A DNA stretch of 64,000 bases from positions 1-64,000 of the IMG/VR virus record IMGVR_UViG_3300031658_000002; one strand, given 5' to 3'. The notes under the pieces were generated by a model. The model had not been told where the DNA came from. It was given only the letters and a program-made list of their open reading frames with translations, and did no database searches. The DNA is from a virus. Made by a program: the position numbers and the translations under genes. Positions 10,401-18,994 of this stretch are shown piece after piece (the first letter of the stretch is position 1; each line of letters begins with the position of its first letter).

Positions 10401-10933
10401 TCATCATCGTAAATAAGAACTAATGCTTCCTTGTTTGAATTGAAGCCTTCTGCAACTGATACTCTAGCGTTGTCAGCAGCCACCAGTTGATTTGATTTCT
10501 GCAGCTCACCATCAGCCATGACAGACATCTTGCCTTTATTTGTAGCTATAGATTCTATGTTTGAAAGCTTAGAGTTATCAATATCTAAAGCCGTTTTTGC
10601 TTTCTGTAAAATTGAATTTGAAAGAACCGCGAGCTTGGCCTGGTTGTTTAGTGTTGTAGTAGAATTGGAGGCCTTTTCAGCTAATATGGCATTTATCTTA
10701 GTCTGTCTTTGAAAGTCCTTATTAGAATTTTCAAGTATTGTTTCACTGCTAGTCTGAGCTGCTGCTTGTAAAACTGAAATACTCGATTGAAGTGATTCTT
10801 GCTGAGCCAATGCTTTGTTCTGTCTCTGAAGTGCCTGTTCGCGCTTCGCATCGTTTGCTGCAGCCCTTGCTGATGACTTTGCAATCTTATCGTAGTACTC
10901 TTGATTCTTTTTAGGTTGTTTATCGCCTGCCAT
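7433..10933 (-). CDS. Tail tape measure protein
   Basis: 1166 aa, Ala/Gly/Met-rich and helical, hydrophobic C-terminal repeats; downstream of tube and chaperone genes. Confidence 0.85.
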   Translation of the reverse strand: MAGDKQPKKNQEYYDKIAKSSARAAANDAKREQALQRQNKALAQQESLQSSISVLQAAAQTSSETILENSNKDFQRQTKINAILAEKASNSTTTLNNQAKLAVLSNSILQKAKTALDIDNSKLSNIESIATNKGKMSVMADGELQKSNQLVAADNARVSVAEGFNSNKEALVLIYDDELQKSKLLLTVDNARVASVEATSDALKRIALTKNKSYQLDLQASAIADQRASIEEDIAKFVRDQAVEREKELDPSHKLLEQMQKRKDRQKEITKDFDEYKEKFEDFIDIIQDPSVATGLFIVEMGRQASKFADTMATAGDSMKMSRTQTASMAGEMAGANILGAAFGVSAKQNADSMAGLAEGMGDLNDISASAIVQVSNIARQTGLSEVSAGKLVGHMKLVEGSSVESSKETLKVVSNLARGAGLPIGKVMEDVADNMELTSKFGNISVKELGAMAVQAGKLGTSLSQMSALGDKLMDIDTARASAMELSVLLGRQVNVDKAQQLMYEGKIDESYSEMLKQVGGLEAFGKMDYFQKKATAELMNTTTADLEKQLNKAAGLTESGEKQAGWAATAMETTARMGGYLKENATTIAATTNLLGSGVKALGGFAPALKGMGGKVVDKLKGSKLGGALGHGKDKAGDMADMGKKQMKSSDKLGAGGKKGGIKKKMQDLAAGLRSMGKGTFKGILALALAGPALLMALPSIPFLLFMGMVPLAMLATNFKFLASGLKSLGKGFSSILKGLLVLGLLGVAMIPAAFAFSLLEGVNPLSIIAFSGSLIILGLAAAGMGFLIGPILMGSIALLALGLAIIPAAMAMKQLGGVDPAAIIGFALGLALMGAAVAGMGLMLPFILLGTLSAHALGFAITPAVEALSGLEGIDGNAIIQFGVGLGLIAASVAGMGLMLPFILLGAVSAQALGLAINPAVEALSGLTGVDPAAIIPFSIGLGLIGAAVAGMGLMLPFILLGAMSAQALGMAIAPAAEALGGLTGIDPAAIIPFSIGLGLIAAAVAGMGMMFGAILMGTLGLAAISAVLPQYAQSLGLIPEGLDVLGFATGTAALGLAGIVLIPGALGFTLMAGALTLFAASLLLLVPLMPVLDKLGSLGLFGMEGGGGESKTSEGDTKDKGNEEIINKLDELISVIRAGGKVVMDGKEVGKVIQLASGPIGG
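7760..8700 (-). repeat. 168-bp (56-aa) hydrophobic repeats in the tape measure protein
   Basis: attaaacctaagccaattgagaatggtattattgc at 7923 and 8091; aataaaataaatggcaacataagccccatacc at 8043 and 8211; about 5-6 degenerate GxDPAAII.F..GL.L.AA.VAGMGLMLPFILLG units. Confidence 0.85.
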
Positions 10934-10939
10934 AATCTA

Positions 10940-11227
10940 TCAGTTGTATATATCTAAACGCTTTGCTAACTCATCGGCGTGTTTAATTCCATCCTTTGCA
11001 GCTTCTATCTTGTCCATTAAATCCTCTACTGCTTTCTTGCCTTTTGGGCCAGAAGCTGAAATTCTTTCTAGACTAGCTCTATATCTTTTATCGTTTGATT
11101 TTTTTAGTATGCCTGATATATGGTTTAGTACACCATCTACCACGCCTTCTTTGGTAAGACTATTGTTTTCTGAAAGTTTTTTAGAAATTATCTTTCTAAC
11201 GTATTCCCTTAACTTTTTCTGCTTCAT
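10940..11227 (-). CDS. Small hypothetical protein with basic leader ending in L-S-E
   Basis: GGAG SD and its own TATTTATA motif; N-terminus MKQKKLREYVRKIISKKLSE. Confidence 0.7.
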   Translation of the reverse strand: MKQKKLREYVRKIISKKLSENNSLTKEGVVDGVLNHISGILKKSNDKRYRASLERISASGPKGKKAVEDLMDKIEAAKDGIKHADELAKRLDIYN

Positions 11228-11260
11228 TTATACACTCCAGCTTGCGCTTAATTAGTTTTA

Positions 11261-11268
11261 TATAAATA
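11261..11268 (-). promoter_or_regulatory. Putative late promoter motif TATTTATA
   Basis: GATATTTATATA upstream of the 11227 start. Confidence 0.65.
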
Positions 11269-11274
11269 TCAACG

Positions 11275-11511
11275 TTATTTGGATTTCGAGAAGTTTGGAC
11301 GCCTTATAGATGTATTACTGCTCTTACCTTTTTGAGACTTGTCCATCTGCTCTCTCTCAATCTTGTGCTGATCATTTAGCTTTCTTAAATAAAATAGCCT
11401 TAGATATACCGGCATCTTATATACGTCATCATGACTAAATCCACCGTTTGAGAAATAAAGCAGTTGGAATATCTGCTCGTGTAGAATGGCCTTATAGTTA
11501 AGACCTAGGCC
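11275..11511 (-). CDS. Frameshift extension of the tail assembly chaperone (gpGT-like), 78 aa
   Basis: Open frame GLGLNYKAILHEQIFQLLYFSNGGFSHDDVYKMPVYLRLFYLRKL...SKSK* begins right after the T7 run at 11512-11518, in the +1/-2 frame of the upstream gene; missing from the ORF track. Confidence 0.7.
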   Translation of the reverse strand, partial: GLGLNYKAILHEQIFQLLYFSNGGFSHDDVYKMPVYLRLFYLRKLNDQHKIEREQMDKSQKGKSSNTSIRRPNFSKSK

Positions 11512-12358
11512 AAAAAAACTCTACGGTCATGGGAATATTAACTGAATCTTCGTGACCACATTCATCGCATTCAAAGTATATTGACATGTCAACATCAGGT
11601 GTAACCTTTTCAAGATTGTTCCTGAATGCTAAAGAGTCTCTAGATATGAATTCGTTTTCAACAAAGTTGTTTATAGCCTTTACTGTCTCATCACCATCTA
11701 CAGCTGTTATCACTTGCTTAAGTCTACTTGTTAAATCATATGAAATTACAGATGAATGAGTTTTCTTTTTCATTCTCTTTACTTCAGCTTGAATTTTCTC
11801 TTCGTCTGAATGAGAAAGTAACTTGAATGTAAGTGTTTTCTTGCTTAAAGGTAGTTCAAATTCAAATGTGTTTGAATCGGTTGTTATTTCAACGTCTTTG
11901 TTTTCCAAACCTGCTAAGTCTACAGTTTCGCTTTGCTTAGACTGGCACTTAGGACAAGGTATCTCTACAGGATATTCAGCACCATAACCTAATACTCTTG
12001 CTGCTACCATTACAGCGTTTTTATCACCTAATAATAAATCATCGTAGTTTACTCTTACGCCAGCACCATTACTAATAATTAGTGAACGCAATAGCATATC
12101 TATAACTACACCTTTTTGTATTAAATTTTGAGATGTAAGAATATCCTCTTCCTTTGCAGTCATATACTTCATTTCTATCTTACCTGTTCTCAGAGGATGC
12201 CCTTCTGGATATAGCTTACCTTCGCTTGGTAGATCAATAACTTCAGTTGGGAATTTAGAATCTTCAGTTTTCTTTACTTCAGTTTCTTGTATTAGTTGCT
12301 GCTTAAGTGCATCTGTTGTGATTTCCTTTCCAGGATAATCGTCTGTCATTTTTGCCAT
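11498..12358 (-). CDS. Tail assembly chaperone / baseplate hub assembly protein (T4 gp26-like)
   Basis: LPSEG, MTAKEEDIL, CPKC and CDEC zinc motifs, ends EFFWP; between tube and tape measure; AGGAG SD. Confidence 0.75.
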   Translation of the reverse strand: MAKMTDDYPGKEITTDALKQQLIQETEVKKTEDSKFPTEVIDLPSEGKLYPEGHPLRTGKIEMKYMTAKEEDILTSQNLIQKGVVIDMLLRSLIISNGAGVRVNYDDLLLGDKNAVMVAARVLGYGAEYPVEIPCPKCQSKQSETVDLAGLENKDVEITTDSNTFEFELPLSKKTLTFKLLSHSDEEKIQAEVKRMKKKTHSSVISYDLTSRLKQVITAVDGDETVKAINNFVENEFISRDSLAFRNNLEKVTPDVDMSIYFECDECGHEDSVNIPMTVEFFWPRS

Positions 12359-12396
12359 TGTATAACTCCTTTTGTATTTTTAATATAACTAGTATA

Positions 12397-12404
12397 TATA
12401 AATA
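12397..12404 (-). promoter_or_regulatory. Putative late promoter motif TATTTATA
   Basis: Upstream of the chaperone gene, just after a terminator. Confidence 0.6.
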
Positions 12405-12425
12405 TATATTAACTTAAAAGTTTGC

Positions 12426-12452
12426 AAAAAAATAGCCTGAATTAACAGGCTA
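12426..12452 (-). terminator. Rho-independent terminator after the tail tube gene
   Basis: TAGCCTG-6nt-CAGGCTA stem followed by T7 on the minus strand. Confidence 0.8.
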
Positions 12453-12479
12453 CTTAATTTTATATAATAAATGTAATTA

Positions 12480-12971
12480 TTAGTATTGTAGAATCCAGTA
12501 GTCACATCTTATAGTTAAAGCTATGATAGCAGGTACACCGTCATTTTCCCAAGAGATTTCACCAAAGTCAGCATCTGTTAAGAAAGCACCTTTACCAGTC
12601 CATTCTTCTACCTTATCACCTACAGGTCCAAGAACGTTGATTGTTACATCTTTCTTATAGAAGTCTGCATAACCATTTCTACCTGTTACTGATTCATGGT
12701 GGAGCCTTGCCCATTCCATAACAGCCTGAGCACCTGATGGTACAATAGGATCGTATAGTTCTACAGTTATAGCGTCCCAATTACTTCGTCCTTTGATGAA
12801 TCTGGAATTGTTTATGTGCTTAATTTCAGTTTCACCATTTACTAGCTTTGGTCTTGCTGCTTTTCTTATTAAATATGAAGGTATTCCATCTACGTAAAAT
12901 ACGAATCTATTTGTTACCTTTGGTTCAAAGGCCGTGAACATTAGTTCTGTTGGGTCTATTAAATTTGCCAT
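12480..12971 (-). CDS. Tail tube protein (gp19-like)
   Basis: FEPKVTNRF...W..ITVELYDPI...YKKD..I..LGPVGD.VEEW...GAF; directly follows the sheath gene. Confidence 0.9.
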   Translation of the reverse strand: MANLIDPTELMFTAFEPKVTNRFVFYVDGIPSYLIRKAARPKLVNGETEIKHINNSRFIKGRSNWDAITVELYDPIVPSGAQAVMEWARLHHESVTGRNGYADFYKKDVTINVLGPVGDKVEEWTGKGAFLTDADFGEISWENDGVPAIIALTIRCDYWILQY

Positions 12972-12992
12972 CTTGTTTTATCTCCTATTTAG

Positions 12993-13000
12993 TATAAATA
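12993..13000 (-). promoter_or_regulatory. Putative late promoter motif TATTTATA
   Basis: GATATTTATAC upstream of the tube gene AGGAG SD. Confidence 0.65.
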
Positions 13001-13003
13001 TCA

Positions 13004-15274
13004 CTAATCGTTAAATGTTGCGCCTGTTGGCATTATGTTAAAGTCAACAACAATGAATTCAGCTGCTTTAGCTGGTTGAATAAATATATCACCTTTCATG
13101 ATGTTTCTATCAATGATATCAGGTGTATTGTTTGTTTCATCCATTATAACCTTGAATGCATAAAGACCTTGTCTTTGTTGTACTGATTCCATGTAAGGAT
13201 TAACTTGTGATAAGAATCTGTTTCTAGTTGCTGTTGTGTTGTTTTCGAATATTAAGTATTTAGATACAGATGCAATAAATTTCTTAAGGTTAATTAACAA
13301 CCTTCTTACATTTACACGGTCAAGAGCAGAAGCTTTCTTTTGAAGAGTTTTCTGTCCCCATACAACCACACCTTCACCAGGGAATGAAGCTACCGGGTTA
13401 ACGTTTGATTCATATAATGTATCTCTGTTAGCATGTGTTAATTTTCTTGCAGCCTGTACAACTGTTTCCTGTCCACCTCTATTTAAACCTGCAGGTGCGA
13501 ACCATTCAGCAGATACCTTATCATTAAATGCATAGATACTTGGCATAATTACAGATTGTGGAACCCAGATATATTTACCTGTTGCAGGGTCCGCAATTTG
13601 TACCCATGGCCAATACATTGCTGCATAGCTTGAATCAAAGTTTTCTGCTTGTTGTGTTACTGAAGCTATATTGGTAGTTGTATAATCAACTGGATCAATG
13701 ATTGTCATCATATCGCCACGTTCTTCACATACAGAAACCATTTTGTTAGTTAAAGCAGGAGACATTTGGTATGTAATTCCTGGAGCTATAAGCAAGTTGA
13801 TATCGAATTCATCTTGATTTGCTAAAAGATTGAATGCACAGTTATATGCAATATATCCAGTATCTGATACAGATGCTATATCTAACCCTTGGAAGTTTCC
13901 AGCTGTTGATGCAGAATAGTAATTAGCTATACCTGTTGCGCCTAATGGAGAATCTACAAAGAAGTTAGTACCATCAGCACCACCAGTAAAAGATCCTGAA
14001 CCTATCATCGGTAAAGATGCTGTCAAGTTAGTATCTCTGATATCTCCGTTTTCAGTTAAATAATCGATTGTATTTTTTATAGAGTCTTCATCGATATAAA
14101 CGAACTGTGATCTGTTTTTGTAATTTCCTTTTGGCTGAATAAATGGATACGCTGTTGTTGAATCCTCGACCGACGGTCTTTGAGTTCCAATTACAGCACC
14201 TATATAATTATTTTCATTTGGATCTAGTGAGCAGTTGTTCCATGTTTCAAGAATAACTTTTCTCTTTTTAGAATCATCAGCTCTACGAATCATCAAGGTA
14301 AATGAACCTTTCTTTTCGTTTACATTTGATACTTCCCATCTAACATTGTTTCTTGTACCGAACTTAGTACCAACACCTCCAACTGATTTAGATACAAAAA
14401 CATCATTTGCTGATATCTGTAAATTAGTTAGTGATGAACCTGGTATACTATTCATAAGTCTACCGTCAGTGTGTGTTTTAATTTGAAATGATACATTATT
14501 AACATTGTATGTAGAACCAGATGTCATAACACCGGATCTTGCAGCTAATGATGAAGATGCAGCTACTGCATTTGTTGAAGCAGATGCTGCCATCGCCCAT
14601 GATCCTGAATGGAAAAATATTTGATTTTCGCCAGTTGAAGAACCTGTAATTTCAATTTCTGATACTGCACCGCCTGTGCCTGAGCGAGAAACAAATGTAT
14701 CTCCTGTTATTCCTGCAGGTGTAGTGTTTGAAGTTGTGTTACCAGCAATAAAGTTTGCAGAAAAACTAACTAGTGATGAAGATGCAAAGTAGTATATTGC
14801 AGGTGTTACAGAAGTATTATTTTGTGGCATCGGTGCATCTACACCAACGAATTGATATGCAAGACCTGATGATGCTGTATACTGAACTATCCCTCCGTCA
14901 TGAAGTGATTCTGATGTATGCATAGACATAGAAGCTCTGAACCCTGTGTTTGCAGTTCTCTGTAAATGTGTATGTGAGTTTGCGTTACCAGCGTCTGTTG
15001 GCATAACTCTTACAATAGTTGCAGGTCCACCGTGCTTTAAGTATTCTTTTGCAGTTATTGATGTTAAGTATTGGTAGTAATTACTACCTGACTTAAAAGC
15101 ATCCCCATAAAGAGCTTGATACTCCGAATATGAAAATACTTGGGTTGGTATCAATGCCGGACCTTTTACTGTTGGTCCTACGATTGCAGCTCCTATTGCC
15201 GCAACACCTTGCTGTACAAATGATAAATCATTTTCTCTTGTAAATACACCAGGGCTAATTATTTTTTCAGCCAT
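13004..15274 (-). CDS. Tail sheath protein (gp18-like)
   Basis: SPGVFTRENDLS N-terminus; WFAPAGLNRG, WGQKTLQ, DRVNVRRL, PAKAAEFI C-terminal sheath motifs. Confidence 0.95.
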   Translation of the reverse strand: MAEKIISPGVFTRENDLSFVQQGVAAIGAAIVGPTVKGPALIPTQVFSYSEYQALYGDAFKSGSNYYQYLTSITAKEYLKHGGPATIVRVMPTDAGNANSHTHLQRTANTGFRASMSMHTSESLHDGGIVQYTASSGLAYQFVGVDAPMPQNNTSVTPAIYYFASSSLVSFSANFIAGNTTSNTTPAGITGDTFVSRSGTGGAVSEIEITGSSTGENQIFFHSGSWAMAASASTNAVAASSSLAARSGVMTSGSTYNVNNVSFQIKTHTDGRLMNSIPGSSLTNLQISANDVFVSKSVGGVGTKFGTRNNVRWEVSNVNEKKGSFTLMIRRADDSKKRKVILETWNNCSLDPNENNYIGAVIGTQRPSVEDSTTAYPFIQPKGNYKNRSQFVYIDEDSIKNTIDYLTENGDIRDTNLTASLPMIGSGSFTGGADGTNFFVDSPLGATGIANYYSASTAGNFQGLDIASVSDTGYIAYNCAFNLLANQDEFDINLLIAPGITYQMSPALTNKMVSVCEERGDMMTIIDPVDYTTTNIASVTQQAENFDSSYAAMYWPWVQIADPATGKYIWVPQSVIMPSIYAFNDKVSAEWFAPAGLNRGGQETVVQAARKLTHANRDTLYESNVNPVASFPGEGVVVWGQKTLQKKASALDRVNVRRLLINLKKFIASVSKYLIFENNTTATRNRFLSQVNPYMESVQQRQGLYAFKVIMDETNNTPDIIDRNIMKGDIFIQPAKAAEFIVVDFNIMPTGATFND

Positions 15275-15327
15275 TTATTTTTCTCCTATTATGTAAAAAT
15301 TAACCCTATGGGTTATGTTATTTCTAA

Positions 15328-15335
15328 TATAAATA
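15328..15335 (-). promoter_or_regulatory. Putative late promoter motif TATTTATA
   Basis: Upstream of the sheath gene. Confidence 0.6.
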
Positions 15336-15357
15336 TAATGTATGAAGTTCAAAGTAC

Positions 15358-15621
15358 CTATTGCTGAGGAATAAATACGCCTGTTTCCAGGTTTAATTCA
15401 CCAGTACCGTACTTTGTTGAGAGTTCTTTTACAAAAGATTTCTCATCACTTCTAGTCTTTTTATATTCTTCTTTTATCTGCTTTTCTGATTCGTCTAATA
15501 CTAACTGGTCCATTGCTAGCTGACCATAACTTACTGTCAACGTATCATATTTGCTTTTGAAGTCTTCTACTTTCTTCATTTCTTCTTCTGTAAACTTTGT
15601 GCTTTTTTTAATTTCAGCCAT
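15358..15621 (-). CDS. Small coiled-coil hypothetical protein
   Basis: TAAGGAG SD; helical body ending LSTKYGTGELNLETGVF. Confidence 0.75.
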   Translation of the reverse strand: MAEIKKSTKFTEEEMKKVEDFKSKYDTLTVSYGQLAMDQLVLDESEKQIKEEYKKTRSDEKSFVKELSTKYGTGELNLETGVFIPQQ

Positions 15622-15644
15622 TTTTAATTCTCCTTATAACTTGT

Positions 15645-16451
15645 TTAGAAACCTTTATTTTTTTTAAACTCATCTTCACCAGGACTTAGGTTTCTTTTTA
15701 CATCCTCTAATGATGAAACTGTTTCGCTATTTATTGTTATACTTACTTTCCCATAGTCTTTAGGGTTGTAACTGCTCATTGCCTTCTGTATATTATCAGG
15801 TATTATGAACCCATTCATTCCTATTGTAAACGTCGCTTTGGCTATTCTATCCTCTCCTTGAGCAGTTGCTGATTCTATATCAAAACTATCAATTTTAGAA
15901 AGAAACTTGAATGTATTATCCTTGCCCCAATATTGACCTTCAGCATAATTTATATCTTCTACTATCTTATTTAGCTGTTCTAGATACTCTGCATATATAA
16001 CGCAATCATAGCTTAGCTTTACATAATCAGGTATTACAACGTTGTGGAATTCAGTCTGTGGCTTTCTGCCTATTAGTATATCGAAGTTGTCATATCTATT
16101 TTTTGAAGAATAATTCTTTTGAAAGCCGTAGTAAAGAGGGTTACTTGTATCTACCTTGCTCCCTAAATCCCTTCTCTTCTCTACACTTGTTCTTTTGTAT
16201 ATAATTGCTGGATACTGAATCTTGCCTTTTTTATCTCTGTATACCCCTGTCTTTTGTATCGACTTCCATCTTTCAGGTGAACCATATACTACAGGTACAT
16301 TTATTCTTTCGCCATCTTCCATTACACTTGGCTGTATTATGTTGTCGAAGTAGTATTTTATTACAGTATCTACATCATATAGATTTACTGATAAGTCTTT
16401 TGCGTTGTCATCACGTCTAATCTGATTAGATCTATCTACTTTTTTATCCAT
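15645..16451 (-). CDS. Tail completion / sheath terminator protein (gp15-like)
   Basis: VPVVYGSPERWKSIQK...KIQYPAI; order neck-neck-terminator-sheath; ATG 16451 preferred over GTG 16460. Confidence 0.7.
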   Translation of the reverse strand: MDKKVDRSNQIRRDDNAKDLSVNLYDVDTVIKYYFDNIIQPSVMEDGERINVPVVYGSPERWKSIQKTGVYRDKKGKIQYPAIIYKRTSVEKRRDLGSKVDTSNPLYYGFQKNYSSKNRYDNFDILIGRKPQTEFHNVVIPDYVKLSYDCVIYAEYLEQLNKIVEDINYAEGQYWGKDNTFKFLSKIDSFDIESATAQGEDRIAKATFTIGMNGFIIPDNIQKAMSSYNPKDYGKVSITINSETVSSLEDVKRNLSPGEDEFKKNKGF

Positions 16452-17046
16452 AAAGTCCACCTCTCTGCTCGTCTATTTTTGTCCCTGCAATATATTCGTC
16501 ATACCCTGCTCTTACATTTTCAAGTGTGTTTATTTTGCTTCTTCTCATCTCGTGTGTTTCTATGATCACAGACCAACTTGCCCCATGGGTACCTCCATTG
16601 CTGTCAGTATCATGGTTCTTGCCAAACAAATACTGTCCTTGTGATATCGTATCGACTTCGCAGTACATATTGTCCCAAAATATAACGTCACCAATTTCTA
16701 AGTATACATTTGCATTCTGTGCATTTTCGTTTGGAAGTAAAGTGTTGTTTGTACTGCCTAGTTCTAGCGATGCTAGATCGTCTCTAAGGAATGAAAACTT
16801 GATCTGTCTAGAATAATCTACACCTATGTCTTCTGATGTATATGATTTTGCGTCTTTCTCTATAAGACCTGCAACTCTAACTCCCGCTTTAAACACCTTG
16901 CTAAGAGCTTCACCATAAAGATTTTCTTTACTATCGAATATAGAATGCTTGAATATATCACATCTAGTATCAATAATTTCGTTTATCAATTCTCTGTTTA
17001 AATGTCTGAATAGACTTATGTCTCTGCTTCCTCCGAATAGTGCCAT
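16444..17046 (-). CDS. Head closure / neck protein (gp14-like)
   Basis: ENLYGEA motif, EIGDVIFWDN; follows the gp13-like gene. Confidence 0.7.
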   Translation of the reverse strand: MALFGGSRDISLFRHLNRELINEIIDTRCDIFKHSIFDSKENLYGEALSKVFKAGVRVAGLIEKDAKSYTSEDIGVDYSRQIKFSFLRDDLASLELGSTNNTLLPNENAQNANVYLEIGDVIFWDNMYCEVDTISQGQYLFGKNHDTDSNGGTHGASWSVIIETHEMRRSKINTLENVRAGYDEYIAGTKIDEQRGGLYG

Positions 17047-17047
17047 A

Positions 17048-18175
17048 TTACCCTATGTATATATTAAGCGGCGCTTTGTTTAATTGGCCTTGTTGAAATT
17101 CAGTTATCTCCGTTTCCTTCTCCATTAAGTTTCTTCTTGATGCAGCCTCTAAATCTTCCCTCAAAGTAGCTATCAAAGCTTCACCTTCTGCAATACCTTC
17201 AGATCTTAATGTGTCGCCATCTAATGTTGTTTCAGCACCTGGAATTGGTATGGACGAGTACTTGCTCCTTACAGAACCTAATATCTGTTTTGTAAGTGCT
17301 AATGTGTATTTTTTTATCCACTGTAACCCTGGATCGTTTATGCTTGCATACACCATATTATCGTAACCCATATTAGAATAGTCAGATACAGCTGATGTGG
17401 TCACAAGTGTGTCTCTGTCATCAGTAAGTACGTATTGTATATGGAACTTAAATGAAGAGTTTGGTGATGGGAATATTCTAAGCTTATTGTTTATAAGTTC
17501 AAATGTGTAATGAGATTTCCTAACAGTATCATTGAATTCAGTCTGCTGTATCTTAAGTAAATCATCGTATATTGGTATTGCTAGATATTGCATACCTCCT
17601 TGTGTATTCCCCCATGCAAAGCTATTCAGTGCAGGGTTTTGACTTATATCTCGTCTGCCAACTGCCGGTGATTGGTGGTGGAAAACACGCTTTACTTCTA
17701 TATCTGTAGTTGAAGGGACAACTGCACCAGCTGAAGATGACAATACTAAATTAAGATCGTATTCTTGTTGGCTTGCCGTGGTGATTATGTGGCCTGATTT
17801 CCAATCGACTGTACCTCCACTTCCTACTTCAGAACCGTACTGCTTTGATAATGCTATAAGTCGTCCTAAGTTTGGAGTTATTGATTGATGTGTAAAATTT
17901 GTTGATGTTGAGTTACCTTGGGCACTTAATAGATTTTCTCTTATATTGAATCTATTTACCTGAGCACTATATTCTGTTATGGCTTCTTCAAAACATGCAA
18001 ACAATTGCACATCTTGCAGTTCTATATCTACGATTGGATATCCCAGTCTCTTGGCACACCAATTTGCAACTTTAGGTCCATCAGACTGAAACGTTGAGTC
18101 ACTATCATATAACCCGAAAGGTGTGTTATTATTTATGGATGTTGCTGATCCATCATATATTGCTATGTTTGCCAT
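17048..18175 (-). CDS. Neck / head-tail adaptor protein (gp13-like)
   Basis: RLGYPIVDIEL, WIKKYTLAL.KQILG.VRSKY..IPIPG..TLDG. Confidence 0.85.
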   Translation of the reverse strand: MANIAIYDGSATSINNNTPFGLYDSDSTFQSDGPKVANWCAKRLGYPIVDIELQDVQLFACFEEAITEYSAQVNRFNIRENLLSAQGNSTSTNFTHQSITPNLGRLIALSKQYGSEVGSGGTVDWKSGHIITTASQQEYDLNLVLSSSAGAVVPSTTDIEVKRVFHHQSPAVGRRDISQNPALNSFAWGNTQGGMQYLAIPIYDDLLKIQQTEFNDTVRKSHYTFELINNKLRIFPSPNSSFKFHIQYVLTDDRDTLVTTSAVSDYSNMGYDNMVYASINDPGLQWIKKYTLALTKQILGSVRSKYSSIPIPGAETTLDGDTLRSEGIAEGEALIATLREDLEAASRRNLMEKETEITEFQQGQLNKAPLNIYIG

Positions 18176-18199
18176 ATTATATTCCCTATCTTAGTTTTA

Positions 18200-18207
18200 T
18201 ATAAATA
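18200..18207 (-). promoter_or_regulatory. Putative late promoter motif TATTTATA
   Basis: GATATTTATATA upstream of the neck gene. Confidence 0.65.
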
Positions 18208-18226
18208 TCAAGTACTAATCTCTTTG

Positions 18227-18889
18227 TTACATACCCATTAGCATTTCAAACACATCGTTTATTGCTACGTGACGATGGTTATCTTCTAATACTCTTTTGT
18301 ATACATACTGAGAATCGTTTATCTTTGACAGATCAACTATTGCAGAATAGTTTTTGTCTTTCAAATCAATCTGCTGGTTATCACCACAGAATATCATTGT
18401 TGATCCTTTTCCTAATCTACCTAGCGCCATTCTAAATTGTGATCTAGTTAGATTTTGAAACTCATCTATAATTACTACACTGTTTTCAAATGTTCTACCT
18501 CTGAAATGTGCTAAAGAAACAAGCTCTATAGATTCTTCCTTCTCCATCTTATCTAGAATCTCAGGTTTGTTGTAGATCTTTCTCATATTAGATCTGATGG
18601 GTACCAACCAGGGCTCCATCTTTTCTTTTTCTGATCCTGGTAAAAACCCGTTGTCTTCAGTAGAGACAGTCGGTCTTGTAATTACTATCTTGTTTGTCAT
18701 CCTTTTGAAAAACATATCTAGTGCTACCTGACATGCTAGCAGCGTCTTTCCACTACCTGCTTTACCTACTATGAAATTGTAAGGGTGATGCAACATTGCT
18801 TGCTTTGCTGCTTTCTGCTCTTCTGATAATGTTATTGAAAACTTTATGTTGCCTTTGGGAACAGATTTTTCTATGTTTTGCTTTGCCAT
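18227..18889 (-). CDS. phoH: PhoH-like ATPase
   Basis: GKAGSGKT, ITRP, GFLPGSEKEKMEPW, RGRTF, DEFQN, RLGK, GDNQQID. Confidence 0.95.
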   Translation of the reverse strand: MAKQNIEKSVPKGNIKFSITLSEEQKAAKQAMLHHPYNFIVGKAGSGKTLLACQVALDMFFKRMTNKIVITRPTVSTEDNGFLPGSEKEKMEPWLVPIRSNMRKIYNKPEILDKMEKEESIELVSLAHFRGRTFENSVVIIDEFQNLTRSQFRMALGRLGKGSTMIFCGDNQQIDLKDKNYSAIVDLSKINDSQYVYKRVLEDNHRHVAINDVFEMLMGM

Positions 18890-18911
18890 AATTAACCTCC
18901 ATTGTATTTAC

Positions 18912-18919
18912 TATAAATA
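18912..18919 (-). promoter_or_regulatory. Putative late promoter motif TATTTATA
   Basis: Between the capsid terminator and the phoH GGAGG SD. Confidence 0.65.
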
Positions 18920-18929
18920 TCATGACACG

Positions 18930-18955
18930 AAAAAAAAGCCCCTCCGAAGAGGGGC
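18930..18955 (-). terminator. Strong intrinsic terminator after the major capsid gene (cUUCGg tetraloop)
   Basis: GCCCCTC-TTCG-GAGGGGC followed by T8 on the minus strand. Confidence 0.92.
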
Positions 18956-18994
18956 CTTAATAATAATATAAATTACTTTTAGTTTAACTTGTAA

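Noticed and set aside
10693-10884. Short same-strand alternative-frame ORFs (also 36335-36523 and 37658-37861)
   Set aside because: Nested in longer genes with no SD or recognisable features
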